A stretch of DNA of 25,364 nucleotides from a virus (Duplodnaviria > Caudoviricetes). This document shows, piece after piece, positions 16,049-23,921 of this stretch (positions are counted from its first letter, which is position 1; each line of letters begins with the position of its first letter). The translations under genes and the position numbers were made by a program. The stretch covers positions 1-25,364 of the IMG/VR virus record IMGVR_UViG_3300038379_000110. The stretch is one strand, 5' to 3'. The notes below the pieces were generated by a model. It was not told the DNA's origin. It was given only the letters and a program-made list of their open reading frames with translations, and did no database searches.

Positions 16049-16486
16049 TCAGGCCTCCTCGCTGGCCGTCGTCGGCCAGGCCCATCCCGCGCCAGTGTCG
16101 CTCGAGACAAGCGGTGACTGCTCGTCCACGCTCGCGGTCGTGTCCTCGATATCCGTCGGCTCGACTATGCCCTTGGCCACATCGCGCAGCCAAAGCACAG
16201 CGTCGTCGCGGCGCTTCACGATCAGCGCGCCCGATTCCGAGCCGGGGTCGAATCCGCGAAACGTCATCAGGTCGTATGCCGCAATGTCCGCGACCTTGCG
16301 CTTCAGGTCGCTCCCCCATGCGACGATGGGCAGACTGAAGCGCTTCTTCAGGTAGCCCGAAGCCTCGTCGCTGGCAGCCACGCGCGCCTGGTCACGAGTC
16401 GCACTCGCGACGACGGACAGCGCAGCACCGGGCAAGCCCAGGCTGAGCAATTCGGCGTCGGTGATATACGTCACGGACTCGGACAC
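16049..16486 (-). CDS. Head-tail adaptor, DUF1320 / Mu gp36-like (145 aa)
   Basis: ASDEASGYLKKRFSLPI...LKRKVADIAAYDL...RRDDAVLWLRDVAKG is the gp36 signature. Confidence 0.9.
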   Translation of the reverse strand: MSESVTYITDAELLSLGLPGAALSVVASATRDQARVAASDEASGYLKKRFSLPIVAWGSDLKRKVADIAAYDLMTFRGFDPGSESGALIVKRRDDAVLWLRDVAKGIVEPTDIEDTTASVDEQSPLVSSDTGAGWAWPTTASEEA

Positions 16487-16501
16487 GCGCGGCTCCTACG
16501 G

Positions 16502-17413
16502 TCACGGCTTACTGGTCGAGATGAGGAATGGCAACGTCACGCCGATGTTCTTCCGGTTGTCCACGCCATACGTGAACTTCTTCTGGTCGAACACCTTCGG
16601 GTCCTGCGCGCTGTCGCGGCTGACGAACTGATCGGGCCGACGATTCTGGTAGACGAAGGGCTTCATCGGTTTGCTCACGTCGGCCAGGTACCAGCGAGTC
16701 GGGTCGTTCGCGAGCTCGGGGATGACGAGCACATCGGCCCACCCCTTGAGTACGTTCTCGACGCCGGCAGTGCCGGCAGTGTTCGCGACCAGGCTTGCGT
16801 TCATGATCTCGAGCGCGGTCTTCTTTAGCTGCGGGGGGACTATCAGCAGGTTTGGCGTCACTCCCAGTGGCTCCCCGTCTTCGCCTGTGTAGCTGGCCAT
16901 CGCGGCCCAGTTGGTGTTGAAGTTGTCCGCCGTGAGCGCGAGCGCAAACTTGTTGTCGTACGTGCCAGCGCCGTTGTAGGTCGGGTGCGCGTCGTGGAAG
17001 AGCGTCAGCCCGTCGAACGCCGTCGGGCCGAGCCCCGTGTTGCTTTGCAGCGCGGTCTTCAGCAGCTGGTCTGTGTGCTTTTTCGCGGCCTGCGCGAGCT
17101 GCGGGATCGTGACGGCAGTGAACATCCCGAGATTGTCGTCTTCGATCTCGTCGCGGTCGAGCTCGATGGTCGCCTCGTAACTCTTGTTGACCAGCGTGTA
17201 GCTGTGCTCGCTGAGGTTCACGGCCACTCGGGGGCCGACCCACTCGCGCATCAGAGTTGACTGCGCGACCCAGCCGTAGATGTTGGATTTCGAGCCGGAC
17301 GGGATCTCGGTCGCCACCTTGGGCCACCACGGCTCGGTCGCGCCGTAGACCTCGCCGAAGCGCATCTCGAACTGGATGCGGAGGGCGTTGAGCGATGCTT
17401 GAGTGATGATCAT
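16502..17413 (-). CDS. Major capsid protein, Mu gpT-like (303 aa)
   Basis: MIITQASL, YGW...MREWVGPR, NKSYEATIELDRDEIEDDNLG, FDGLTLFHDAHP, PLGVTPNLLIVPPQL, WYLAD...KPFVYQNR. Confidence 0.95.
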   Translation of the reverse strand: MIITQASLNALRIQFEMRFGEVYGATEPWWPKVATEIPSGSKSNIYGWVAQSTLMREWVGPRVAVNLSEHSYTLVNKSYEATIELDRDEIEDDNLGMFTAVTIPQLAQAAKKHTDQLLKTALQSNTGLGPTAFDGLTLFHDAHPTYNGAGTYDNKFALALTADNFNTNWAAMASYTGEDGEPLGVTPNLLIVPPQLKKTALEIMNASLVANTAGTAGVENVLKGWADVLVIPELANDPTRWYLADVSKPMKPFVYQNRRPDQFVSRDSAQDPKVFDQKKFTYGVDNRKNIGVTLPFLISTSKP

Positions 17414-17435
17414 GGTCGTTCTCCGTCAGGTCAGG

Positions 17436-17870
17436 TCAGAGGCTCGCGGCCGGCCACACGGTGGCGACCCACACTCCGCTCGCGTCTACGTCGTAGATCG
17501 TCCCGGCCTTCGAGCGCGTGCCGGTCCCGTCAGTAAGTGCCACGGTTTGATCGTCCACCATGTAGCAAGGCTTGCCGATGTCGTCGGCGGCGATGGCGTC
17601 GCCGGCCGAACTGTTTTCCCACCGGAAGATGCCGCTCTCGGCCTCGACGGTAGTGGTGTTCGAGGCTCCGGTGCTGACGCTTGTGAGACATCGGCCGATG
17701 CACACTGCATCGGTCGCAGCCGTCGCCGGCTTGATGCGACTGTCGCTCTGGTCGTACATGAGCAGCGCGCCCTTGTAGAACTCGTCGCTGTCGATGCCGG
17801 TGTAGCCATGTACCATGTCGAAGGAGCTGAGCTTGCGCAGGGTGTTTCGTTCGGCGGTCAGTGCGGCCAT
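17436..17870 (-). CDS. Capsid cement / decoration protein of Mu-like heads (144 aa)
   Basis: MAALTAERNT...GIFRWENS...DAIAADDIGKPCYMVDDQTVA...TRSKAGTIYDVD...GVWV; lies between protease and capsid. Confidence 0.8.
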   Translation of the reverse strand: MAALTAERNTLRKLSSFDMVHGYTGIDSDEFYKGALLMYDQSDSRIKPATAATDAVCIGRCLTSVSTGASNTTTVEAESGIFRWENSSAGDAIAADDIGKPCYMVDDQTVALTDGTGTRSKAGTIYDVDASGVWVATVWPAASL

Positions 17871-17880
17871 GGTCTTCTCC

Positions 17881-18465
17881 TTAGACCGCTGAAGCGGCCT
17901 TCATCTTGTGCTTGAGAAACTTCGCGGGGTCGGTGCCAGTGAGCCGACACACTTCGCGGTCCTCGTCGGTGAGTTTGATCTCGTTGGTATGGGCTGGCGG
18001 CTCGGGCTGGCCGAGCGGTGCGCCGACGACCTCGGGAAGCGCGTCGATGAGAGTGCGCGCCTCTTCCACGCTGGCGCTCGCGAGCACGAGCGCTTCGAGT
18101 TTCGTGGTCGCGACCTTGCGCGGGTGCGCGCGCATCAGCTCGCGCAGCTCGCCGGCCAAGGCGCGGGCCTTGAGTGCCGTGAGCTCGGCTGCCATGTCGG
18201 TCGCGCTCGTGCGCGATGCGTTGAGCGCGGTGAGTACGGCGGTCACCTCGGCGGGCGAACGCTTGCCGGTGATGGCCCGCGCGCTCGCGGCGATCTGCTC
18301 GACCTCTTTCTTTTCCTCCTCCGCTGCGGGATCCATCATCTCCGCGGGCGGGGCCTCGCCAGCGCCAGCGGCCGATGCGATGAGCGCCTTGAGAAGTTCC
18401 ATTGCCTTCGCTGAGTCGCCGCCCTCGATGGCGTCGAGCGCTTCCTTGAGAATCTTCGGATCCAT
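17881..18465 (-). CDS. Scaffolding protein from an internal in-frame start in the protease gene (Mu gpZ analogue, 194 aa)
   Basis: CAGGAGCAGGAACC-ATG at 18465 sits at the end of the protease domain; helical Ala/Glu-rich product ending LTDEDREVCRLTGTDPAKFLK. Confidence 0.65.
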   Translation of the reverse strand: MDPKILKEALDAIEGGDSAKAMELLKALIASAAGAGEAPPAEMMDPAAEEEKKEVEQIAASARAITGKRSPAEVTAVLTALNASRTSATDMAAELTALKARALAGELRELMRAHPRKVATTKLEALVLASASVEEARTLIDALPEVVGAPLGQPEPPAHTNEIKLTDEDREVCRLTGTDPAKFLKHKMKAASAV

Positions 18466-18930
18466 GGTTCCTGCTCCTGATGCCGCAACGAGCGGCATTG
18501 CGTTGTCGGTCGCGGGCTGCGCGCAGATGGCCACGTTGTGCACGTGGATGACTCGATTCGTTTTCGCGTCACGTTTGAACGCGGGCGAGACGTATCGTTG
18601 TGTTTTTTCGGTCAAGCGACGCACACCGTCGGGCGTCCACTTGATGTCGGTGAGCCAAAGCTCGCCGCTGCGGAGCTCGAGCTTGCCGTACGCGCGGGCG
18701 TCGCCGTCGTAGTTGCGGCTCTCGGTATCGAGCGACCGGTGCTCGAGGTCGATCATTATGTCCACGCCGTGCGCCGCGTATTCGCGCATGACGGACTGGG
18801 CGGCGACAGCGTCGAAGAGCACCGGGCCTTTGCGGGTGGGGTTCACGCCGCGGGCGAAGAGCCTGACCTCACGCGGTGGCTCGTCTCCCGAGAGCGCGAC
18901 AGCCAGTGAGGTGAGCCAGTGGTGTGCCAC
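17881..18930 (-). CDS. Prohead protease / scaffold, Mu gpI-like
   Basis: DIMIDLEH, IKWTPDG, RYVSPAF and VAICAQPA...PL are Mu-like protease motifs. GTG 18930 is preferred over 19038 because it avoids overlap with the upstream gene; the start is uncertain. Confidence 0.9.
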   Translation of the reverse strand: MAHHWLTSLAVALSGDEPPREVRLFARGVNPTRKGPVLFDAVAAQSVMREYAAHGVDIMIDLEHRSLDTESRNYDGDARAYGKLELRSGELWLTDIKWTPDGVRRLTEKTQRYVSPAFKRDAKTNRVIHVHNVAICAQPATDNAMPLVAASGAGTMDPKILKEALDAIEGGDSAKAMELLKALIASAAGAGEAPPAEMMDPAAEEEKKEVEQIAASARAITGKRSPAEVTAVLTALNASRTSATDMAAELTALKARALAGELRELMRAHPRKVATTKLEALVLASASVEEARTLIDALPEVVGAPLGQPEPPAHTNEIKLTDEDREVCRLTGTDPAKFLKHKMKAASAV

Positions 18931-18951
18931 TTCTCGGAGTAGTGGCACACC
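18921..18951. promoter_or_regulatory. Dyad GGTGTGCCACT-N9-AGTGGCACACC (core TGTGCCA-N13-TGGCACA) over the protease start
   Basis: Perfect 11-bp inverted repeat. The same core and spacing recur at 23912-23942. A minus-strand TTGACG lies at 18968-18963. Confidence 0.65.
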
Positions 18952-19001
18952 TGCCGTGGCTACGTCAAAGCCGTTTTTGGCTGTCACTGTCGCCGTGTCC
19001 G

Positions 19002-20141
19002 TTAACGTGGCACGCTCACTCGTGGCACGCGCCGCCACGACAGCAGCGATGGAGCGCGCAAGCGGTGGGCGCAGAGAGTGAGAGTCAGCGACGCACTCGC
19101 GTCGGTGGCGAGCGTGGCAATTTCGTCGTGCGCCGCGCGGCCGGTGGTGACAGCGTGCGCGTCAGTGGCGAGCGTTGCCGCGATGGGTGGCGGCTCGACG
19201 TAGACAGTCGCAGGCGCCGGGGCGGGGTGAATGAGCGCGACAGCGTGTGTGGACTGCGGCTCGGCGGCTGTCGCGAGCGTTGCCGTGATGGGTGGCGGGG
19301 CCGGCTCGGGCGTGAACAGGTACACGTCCCGCGCCGGCGAGCGCTTGCCAGTGCGCACGTAGTCTGGACCGCCCGCTCCGCCGCCCGTGCTGACCACGGG
19401 CGCAGCGGTGACCGTCGCGTCGGTGGATTGACCGGGCGTCGCTGCCAGGTCTAGGCTCCGCTCGTATGTGGCTCCGGCCGGTATCAGCTCGCTCTCGTTC
19501 GCCTCACCCGGCGTGGCAGCGAGCGGGACAGCTACGGCGTGCTCGACCAGCGCGGCCGGCGACTGCGCGGGCGTGGCTGCCAGCGGGACAGCAACGCTAT
19601 GCTCGGCGGTAGCGGACTGCGACAGCGCGGGTGTGCCCGCGAACTGCAGCTCCCCTACGCGGGCAACGTCAGCCGCGGGGGAGTCTCCCGCGGTGGCTGC
19701 CAGCGCAAGCGCGACGCCGTGCTCGGCCAATGCTGCGGGGGCATGTGCCGGCGTCGCGGACAGTGGCAGCGTGACGACGTGGTCCGCAAGCGTCGACTGC
19801 GTGTGGCCGGGCGTGGCAGCGAGCGCGAGGTCCCCCGCGCGGGTAGCGTCTGCCGTGGTGGAGTCGCTTGGCGTCGCTGCCAGGGCGAGCGCGGCGTCCT
19901 GCTCCAGTCCCGCCGTCTGAGCCTGGTCCGGCGTGGCCGACAGCGGGACGGCCGTGATGTGGTCGGCGAGCGCGGACTGCGACTGCGCCGGTGTATCGTC
20001 CAGCGCGAGCGCGACGCCGTGCTCGGCCAGCGTCGCTTGCGTCTGCGCCGGCGTCGCGGTGAGAGTGAGCGCGACCTCGTACGTCGCGGGCCCGCTGGAT
20101 GCGGCGGCCGGATCTGCTCCACCGTACCAGACGAACGACAT
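19002..20141 (-). CDS. Ala/Thr-rich repeat protein (379 aa), probable virion fibre or decoration
   Basis: About 11 imperfect 20-aa repeats centred on L-x-A-T-P, then a GGGAGG linker and PPPIxATLAT repeats. Confidence 0.7.
   Translation of the reverse strand: MSFVWYGGADPAAASSGPATYEVALTLTATPAQTQATLAEHGVALALDDTPAQSQSALADHITAVPLSATPDQAQTAGLEQDAALALAATPSDSTTADATRAGDLALAATPGHTQSTLADHVVTLPLSATPAHAPAALAEHGVALALAATAGDSPAADVARVGELQFAGTPALSQSATAEHSVAVPLAATPAQSPAALVEHAVAVPLAATPGEANESELIPAGATYERSLDLAATPGQSTDATVTAAPVVSTGGGAGGPDYVRTGKRSPARDVYLFTPEPAPPPITATLATAAEPQSTHAVALIHPAPAPATVYVEPPPIAATLATDAHAVTTGRAAHDEIATLATDASASLTLTLCAHRLRAPSLLSWRRVPRVSVPR
19168..19298. repeat. 26-bp direct repeat (1 mismatch) encoding PPPI(T/A)ATLA
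   Basis: GCGAGCGTTGCCG(C/T)GATGGGTGGCGG at 19168-19193 and 19273-19298. Confidence 0.85.
19407..20081 (-). repeat. Degenerate 60-bp (20-aa) coding tandem repeat, about 11 units
   Basis: GVALALDDTPAQSQSALADH / ITAVPLSATPDQAQTAGLEQ / DAALALAATPSDSTTADATR / AGDLALAATPGHTQSTLADH and similar units. Confidence 0.85.
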
Positions 20142-20145
20142 GTGG

Positions 20146-20496
20146 CTACGCTACCTTGCGAATGCTCGCGTCAAACGCGCGGTCGGTGCCGGCGAGCTTC
20201 TGGATCGTGAAGTCCCAGCCGTTGATCAGGATGAACGTTGGCGTCACGAAGATTTCGGTCTGAGCACCGAGCAAGGTCCACTGCGCGAAGACTTTCTTGG
20301 TTCCGCCCGTGCCCTCCACCTTCTCGTATGCCTTGATGCGGAACTCGTCGCCCTTCGCCATGTTGCCGGCGTCGATCCAGAGTTGGTACACGCCATCGTC
20401 GGTGATGGTCTGCAAGCTTGTGGTGCCGCTCACCACGCTCAGCTCGGAAGCGCCTACGGTCACGCCGTCCAACTCGTAAGGTTCGCTGATCGCCAT
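20146..20496 (-). CDS. Hypothetical beta-rich structural protein (116 aa)
   Basis: GGAG RBS, tight packing with neighbours and normal protein composition (GVYQLWID...GWDFTIQK). Confidence 0.75.
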   Translation of the reverse strand: MAISEPYELDGVTVGASELSVVSGTTSLQTITDDGVYQLWIDAGNMAKGDEFRIKAYEKVEGTGGTKKVFAQWTLLGAQTEIFVTPTFILINGWDFTIQKLAGTDRAFDASIRKVA

Positions 20497-20505
20497 GCTC
20501 GTCTC

Positions 20506-21336
20506 CTAGCTCACCGCGTAGATCAGGCCGTCATATGCCGCGTCGTTCGCGCCACTGTTGCTCGCGAGCATCGTGAGCCGCGTTGCGGCCGGCACGTGGC
20601 AGAACGCGCCGAGCATCGGGATCATGTTGTGGCTGTTTTCCGAGGTATCTTTGCCATACCACCACGTGCCGATGCGCTGCTCGGTCGATGCACCGATTCC
20701 AATGCCGAGGTTTACCCAGCCGGCGGGCGTGATGCTCGTGTCGGTTGCCGGCTGGAATCCTGGCAAAAAGTAGAAGTGATCGTCAGTACTGGATGCCGTC
20801 ATCTCCGTGACGCTCGCTGCGCCGCCGCTGGCCGCTGGCGATACCGCTTGCCCGCGCGCGTTGTTGATCTGTGTGCCGTACGCCGTGACCTTGCGGCCGA
20901 CGCGGAAGGGCGGATTACCCCCGCCGTATAGCCAGCATCCGACGCGAGCGGTGATGCTCGTTCTCACGCTGGCGAGGACAGCCGCGATGCGCAGCCCGGC
21001 GGGTATGTGCAGCGGGAAGAAATAGCGCACCGCGCCCGAACTGGCCGCGGTGCTGTAACCGCAGAGCAGCGCCGGAATCAGTATGTCGTCGGTCGCGCCA
21101 CCGATGAGGATATCCAACGCGGATTCGCTTGCCGTCGTCGCTGCGCCCGTCGCAGTGATCAGTATCTCGATCCCCCACGAGTCGCGGGTGTTACTGCCAG
21201 ACGCGATAAGCTCGGTCACCGCGCCATCGAGGAGCGTCGTCGCGTTGCTCGCTACCGCTGTCCACGGCGTAGCGCTGCCGACAATGCCGCCGTTCGTGAC
21301 GACGGACAGGCAGCCGGACGAAGGCAGCCAGAGCAT
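20506..21336 (-). CDS. Hypothetical beta-rich structural protein (276 aa) with two similar halves
   Basis: VTELIAS...LDILIGGA...FPLHIPAGLRIA and VTEMTAS...LGIGIGAS...AFCHVPAATRLT indicate an internal duplication. Confidence 0.75.
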   Translation of the reverse strand: MLWLPSSGCLSVVTNGGIVGSATPWTAVASNATTLLDGAVTELIASGSNTRDSWGIEILITATGAATTASESALDILIGGATDDILIPALLCGYSTAASSGAVRYFFPLHIPAGLRIAAVLASVRTSITARVGCWLYGGGNPPFRVGRKVTAYGTQINNARGQAVSPAASGGAASVTEMTASSTDDHFYFLPGFQPATDTSITPAGWVNLGIGIGASTEQRIGTWWYGKDTSENSHNMIPMLGAFCHVPAATRLTMLASNSGANDAAYDGLIYAVS

Positions 21337-21340
21337 CGGC

Positions 21341-21901
21341 TCACGCCTGCGTGCAGGTGATGGTCACGTTCAACGTGTCGCCGCTGATCACGCTACGGTC
21401 GCCACCGGTGAAAGCGCCGACACCGAGGAGCGTTCCGCTCGTGCCGCCCTTGGTGTTTTCGTCTACCATGAACGCGCCCGAGATCGTCACGGTCCCGTTG
21501 ATCGAGAAGACCGCCTTGCTCGCGCTGTTGTCCACGCTGCCAGAACTGATTGTGCCTGGCGTGAACGCTGGGCGGTTCGCCTGTGAGTACGTCGAGCTCT
21601 CCGACCATCCAGCGTGGGAGCCCATCGTGTCGCCCGCCGCGTAGTCCGTCTCGCCCGGCCCGAGGACGAGCCCCACGTACCACGCAGGCGCGGCCAATCC
21701 GGTTTTCAGCGTCGCGTCGAGGTACTTGTTTTTTCCGGCCGTGGTTACGAGGTTGTCGAAGCCGTCGCGCCACTTCAGCGCGCCGTCGGCGCCGTAACAC
21801 TCGACCTCGTAATGATGCCGCGGCCCACTGCCGAAGCTCATGCCCGCGCCCGCGTCGAGCCCCGCGCCCGCGCCCATGTCCGGTTTCGTTTCGTGGTTCA
21901 T
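21341..21901 (-). CDS. Putative virion structural protein (186 aa)
   Basis: ATG 21901 after GAGGGA. KWRDGFDNLVTTAGKN...WYVGL...NSASKAVFSINGTVTISGAF...GDTLNVT is a pattern common in phage structural proteins. Confidence 0.7.
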   Translation of the reverse strand: MNHETKPDMGAGAGLDAGAGMSFGSGPRHHYEVECYGADGALKWRDGFDNLVTTAGKNKYLDATLKTGLAAPAWYVGLVLGPGETDYAAGDTMGSHAGWSESSTYSQANRPAFTPGTISSGSVDNSASKAVFSINGTVTISGAFMVDENTKGGTSGTLLGVGAFTGGDRSVISGDTLNVTITCTQA

Positions 21902-21912
21902 ATCGTTGTCCC

Positions 21913-22302
21913 TCAGCCTTGCTTGTGCTGAATCTCCGTGATGCTCACGAGCTGCCCAACGCTGATGTGCGTGTCCCGCATCATGAGCGCGCCCAACCCG
22001 CCAGGCTTCGCGACCTTGCCCGACCATGCGACGCGGCCCGCGCTGTCGCACACCTCGAAGCGCACGGCGTCACCGTCGCGCAGGCCGCGGCCCGACCGCG
22101 GCAGGCCGCGGGCGAGCGCTACGCCGTTACGCGGCGCCGTGAAGCCGGGCGAGTCCAGCGGCACGACGAGCAGCGTTTTTCCCGACAAGTCCACCAAGCG
22201 GATCTCGCCCGCGCCGCCGCCGCGGTCCACTAGCTCGCACACCGCACGGCATGCCGCGTCGCGTGCGTCGTCGCTGAGTAGCGTCAGCTTGTCGAGGCTC
22301 AT
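21913..22302 (-). CDS. Putative virion structural protein (129 aa)
   Basis: ATGA-coupled to the portal. RDAACRAV...GGGAGEIRL...GDAVRF...GKV...ISVGQLVSITEI resembles small phage decoration-type proteins. Confidence 0.65.
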   Translation of the reverse strand: MSLDKLTLLSDDARDAACRAVCELVDRGGGAGEIRLVDLSGKTLLVVPLDSPGFTAPRNGVALARGLPRSGRGLRDGDAVRFEVCDSAGRVAWSGKVAKPGGLGALMMRDTHISVGQLVSITEIQHKQG

Positions 22303-23921
22303 GGCATGCCCTCGTCCGGGGTGGGCACGTCGTGCAGCGCCGCCAGCGTAGCGATGTCCACGTGTAGCCCGTTCGCGCGGTACTCTGCGAGGTCGGCCAA
22401 GAACGCGGCATTGCGCTCGCTGAACGTGAGGACTCGAGTAGGCGTTGCTGCCGCCGCTTGCGCGTCACGCGCGGCCTGCGCGGCTGCGCGCGCGGCTTCC
22501 TTCGACTTCACCGCGTCGTCGATGGTCTGCGCGCCCTCGGCCCCACCCATCGGGGGCAGGCCTGCTCCGGCCCGCGCCTCGTCCACGCGCACGACCTTCA
22601 CCCAGTCCGTAGGCGCGAGCTGCACAGTGGGCGCGCTCGACTGCTGCGACGGGAGCGCCACTGTCGGAATGCCGAAGCGCTCCACCATTTTCATCGCGTC
22701 GACTCTGCGCCCGCTCGGCGCTAGCACTTGGTCGAGCTTGTCGATCGCATCGGCTGCGCCGCGCATCGCCGCCGCCTTGCGCTCCTGGTCCTCGGGCAGC
22801 GTCGTGTCCCACTGCGGGACTGGCGCCGCGTTCGGATCGCCGAAGCCAAGCGCCGCCCATGGTCGCACGTCCTGCTCGTGCAACGTCGTGGCCACGCTGG
22901 CCGCGGTGAAGCCGATGATGTCCGCCTTGATGCTCTCGTGAATGCTGCCGGTGTTGAACCCGGGCGTGCCCTCGGTCGTGACGATTTGCCCCGCGAGCAC
23001 GACGGCAATCGCACGGTCGGCCCATTGGATCTGCTGGTCGAAGACGCCTACTCCGCCCTCGCTGCCGCCGACCGACAGCAATTTCAGGTCGTACCCTGGC
23101 GGCAGAACCACGCTCGCGTCGCGCCCCAAATTTTTGAGCGCACTCAGCCACCGCTGACGGCTGCGCTCGTTCGCTCCCTCGGGTGCGATTCCCACGCGAA
23201 TCGGCTGGCCGAAAATCTCGCTGAACCTCGCGCGGTCGTGCAGTGCGAATTGCTTGACGATCCACGCGAATGCAATCGCGCGCCAGGCTCCTCGCGCCCA
23301 TGGCCGCGTCGTGCCGTAGGGCGTGTACAGTATCCACTGCCCGTCACCCGCGGCAATGTCCTGCGTCCCGCCGCGATGGTTGATGCGCCACTGCCCCGAA
23401 TAGACATTCTGGTGCGCCCATCGTGGATGCCACGCCTCTATCCGGTGCAGCTGCCGCGCGCCGAGCTCGCGGTCGAGGGGCACTCGCTGCGCAACGCCGA
23501 TGCCGAGCATGATTCCCCACGACATGAGCTGCGCCATCTCGCTCTCGGGGTGTGTCGTCCACCATTCGCCACTCTCGTGAGCGTCAGCGGTGCCGCCGAG
23601 CGCGATGCGCGCGGCCTCGGAGCCGCCCTTGAACGACAGGTCCAGCCGCAGCATGCCGAGCGTGCGAGTCGCGAGCACGCCACTCGCGCGGTCGTCGGTC
23701 GTGGTGATTGTCTCCACGAGGTCCGCCGCGCGCATCAGATTGCCGGAGTCGGCCTCGGCCAGGCACAGGTCCAGCTCCTCAGGCGTCCACTTCGCGATTG
23801 CTCGCGCGGGTAGTTGGGCCACGGCTGAGCCAGGCGTATCGTCGTCGCGGAGCTGGGATAGGAATCGGCCCCGCTGGTCGCGCTCCGGGCGCATCACCTC
23901 GTGCAGGCCGGGCTGTGCCAC
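22299..23921 (-). CDS. Portal protein, DUF935 / Mu gp29-like
   Basis: EADSGNLMRAADL, SGVLATR, DRARFSEIFGQPIRVG and ADRAIAVVLAGQIVTTEG...GSIHE. Start uncertain: GTG 23939, 23924, 23921 or ATG 23894. Confidence 0.9.
   Translation of the reverse strand: MAQPGLHEVMRPERDQRGRFLSQLRDDDTPGSAVAQLPARAIAKWTPEELDLCLAEADSGNLMRAADLVETITTTDDRASGVLATRTLGMLRLDLSFKGGSEAARIALGGTADAHESGEWWTTHPESEMAQLMSWGIMLGIGVAQRVPLDRELGARQLHRIEAWHPRWAHQNVYSGQWRINHRGGTQDIAAGDGQWILYTPYGTTRPWARGAWRAIAFAWIVKQFALHDRARFSEIFGQPIRVGIAPEGANERSRQRWLSALKNLGRDASVVLPPGYDLKLLSVGGSEGGVGVFDQQIQWADRAIAVVLAGQIVTTEGTPGFNTGSIHESIKADIIGFTAASVATTLHEQDVRPWAALGFGDPNAAPVPQWDTTLPEDQERKAAAMRGAADAIDKLDQVLAPSGRRVDAMKMVERFGIPTVALPSQQSSAPTVQLAPTDWVKVVRVDEARAGAGLPPMGGAEGAQTIDDAVKSKEAARAAAQAARDAQAAAATPTRVLTFSERNAAFLADLAEYRANGLHVDIATLAALHDVPTPDEGMP

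Noticed and set aside
19407-20081. CRISPR-like array suggested by the 60-bp periodicity
   Set aside because: Units are degenerate at synonymous positions and stay in frame; there are no identical repeats with unique spacers and no cas genes.
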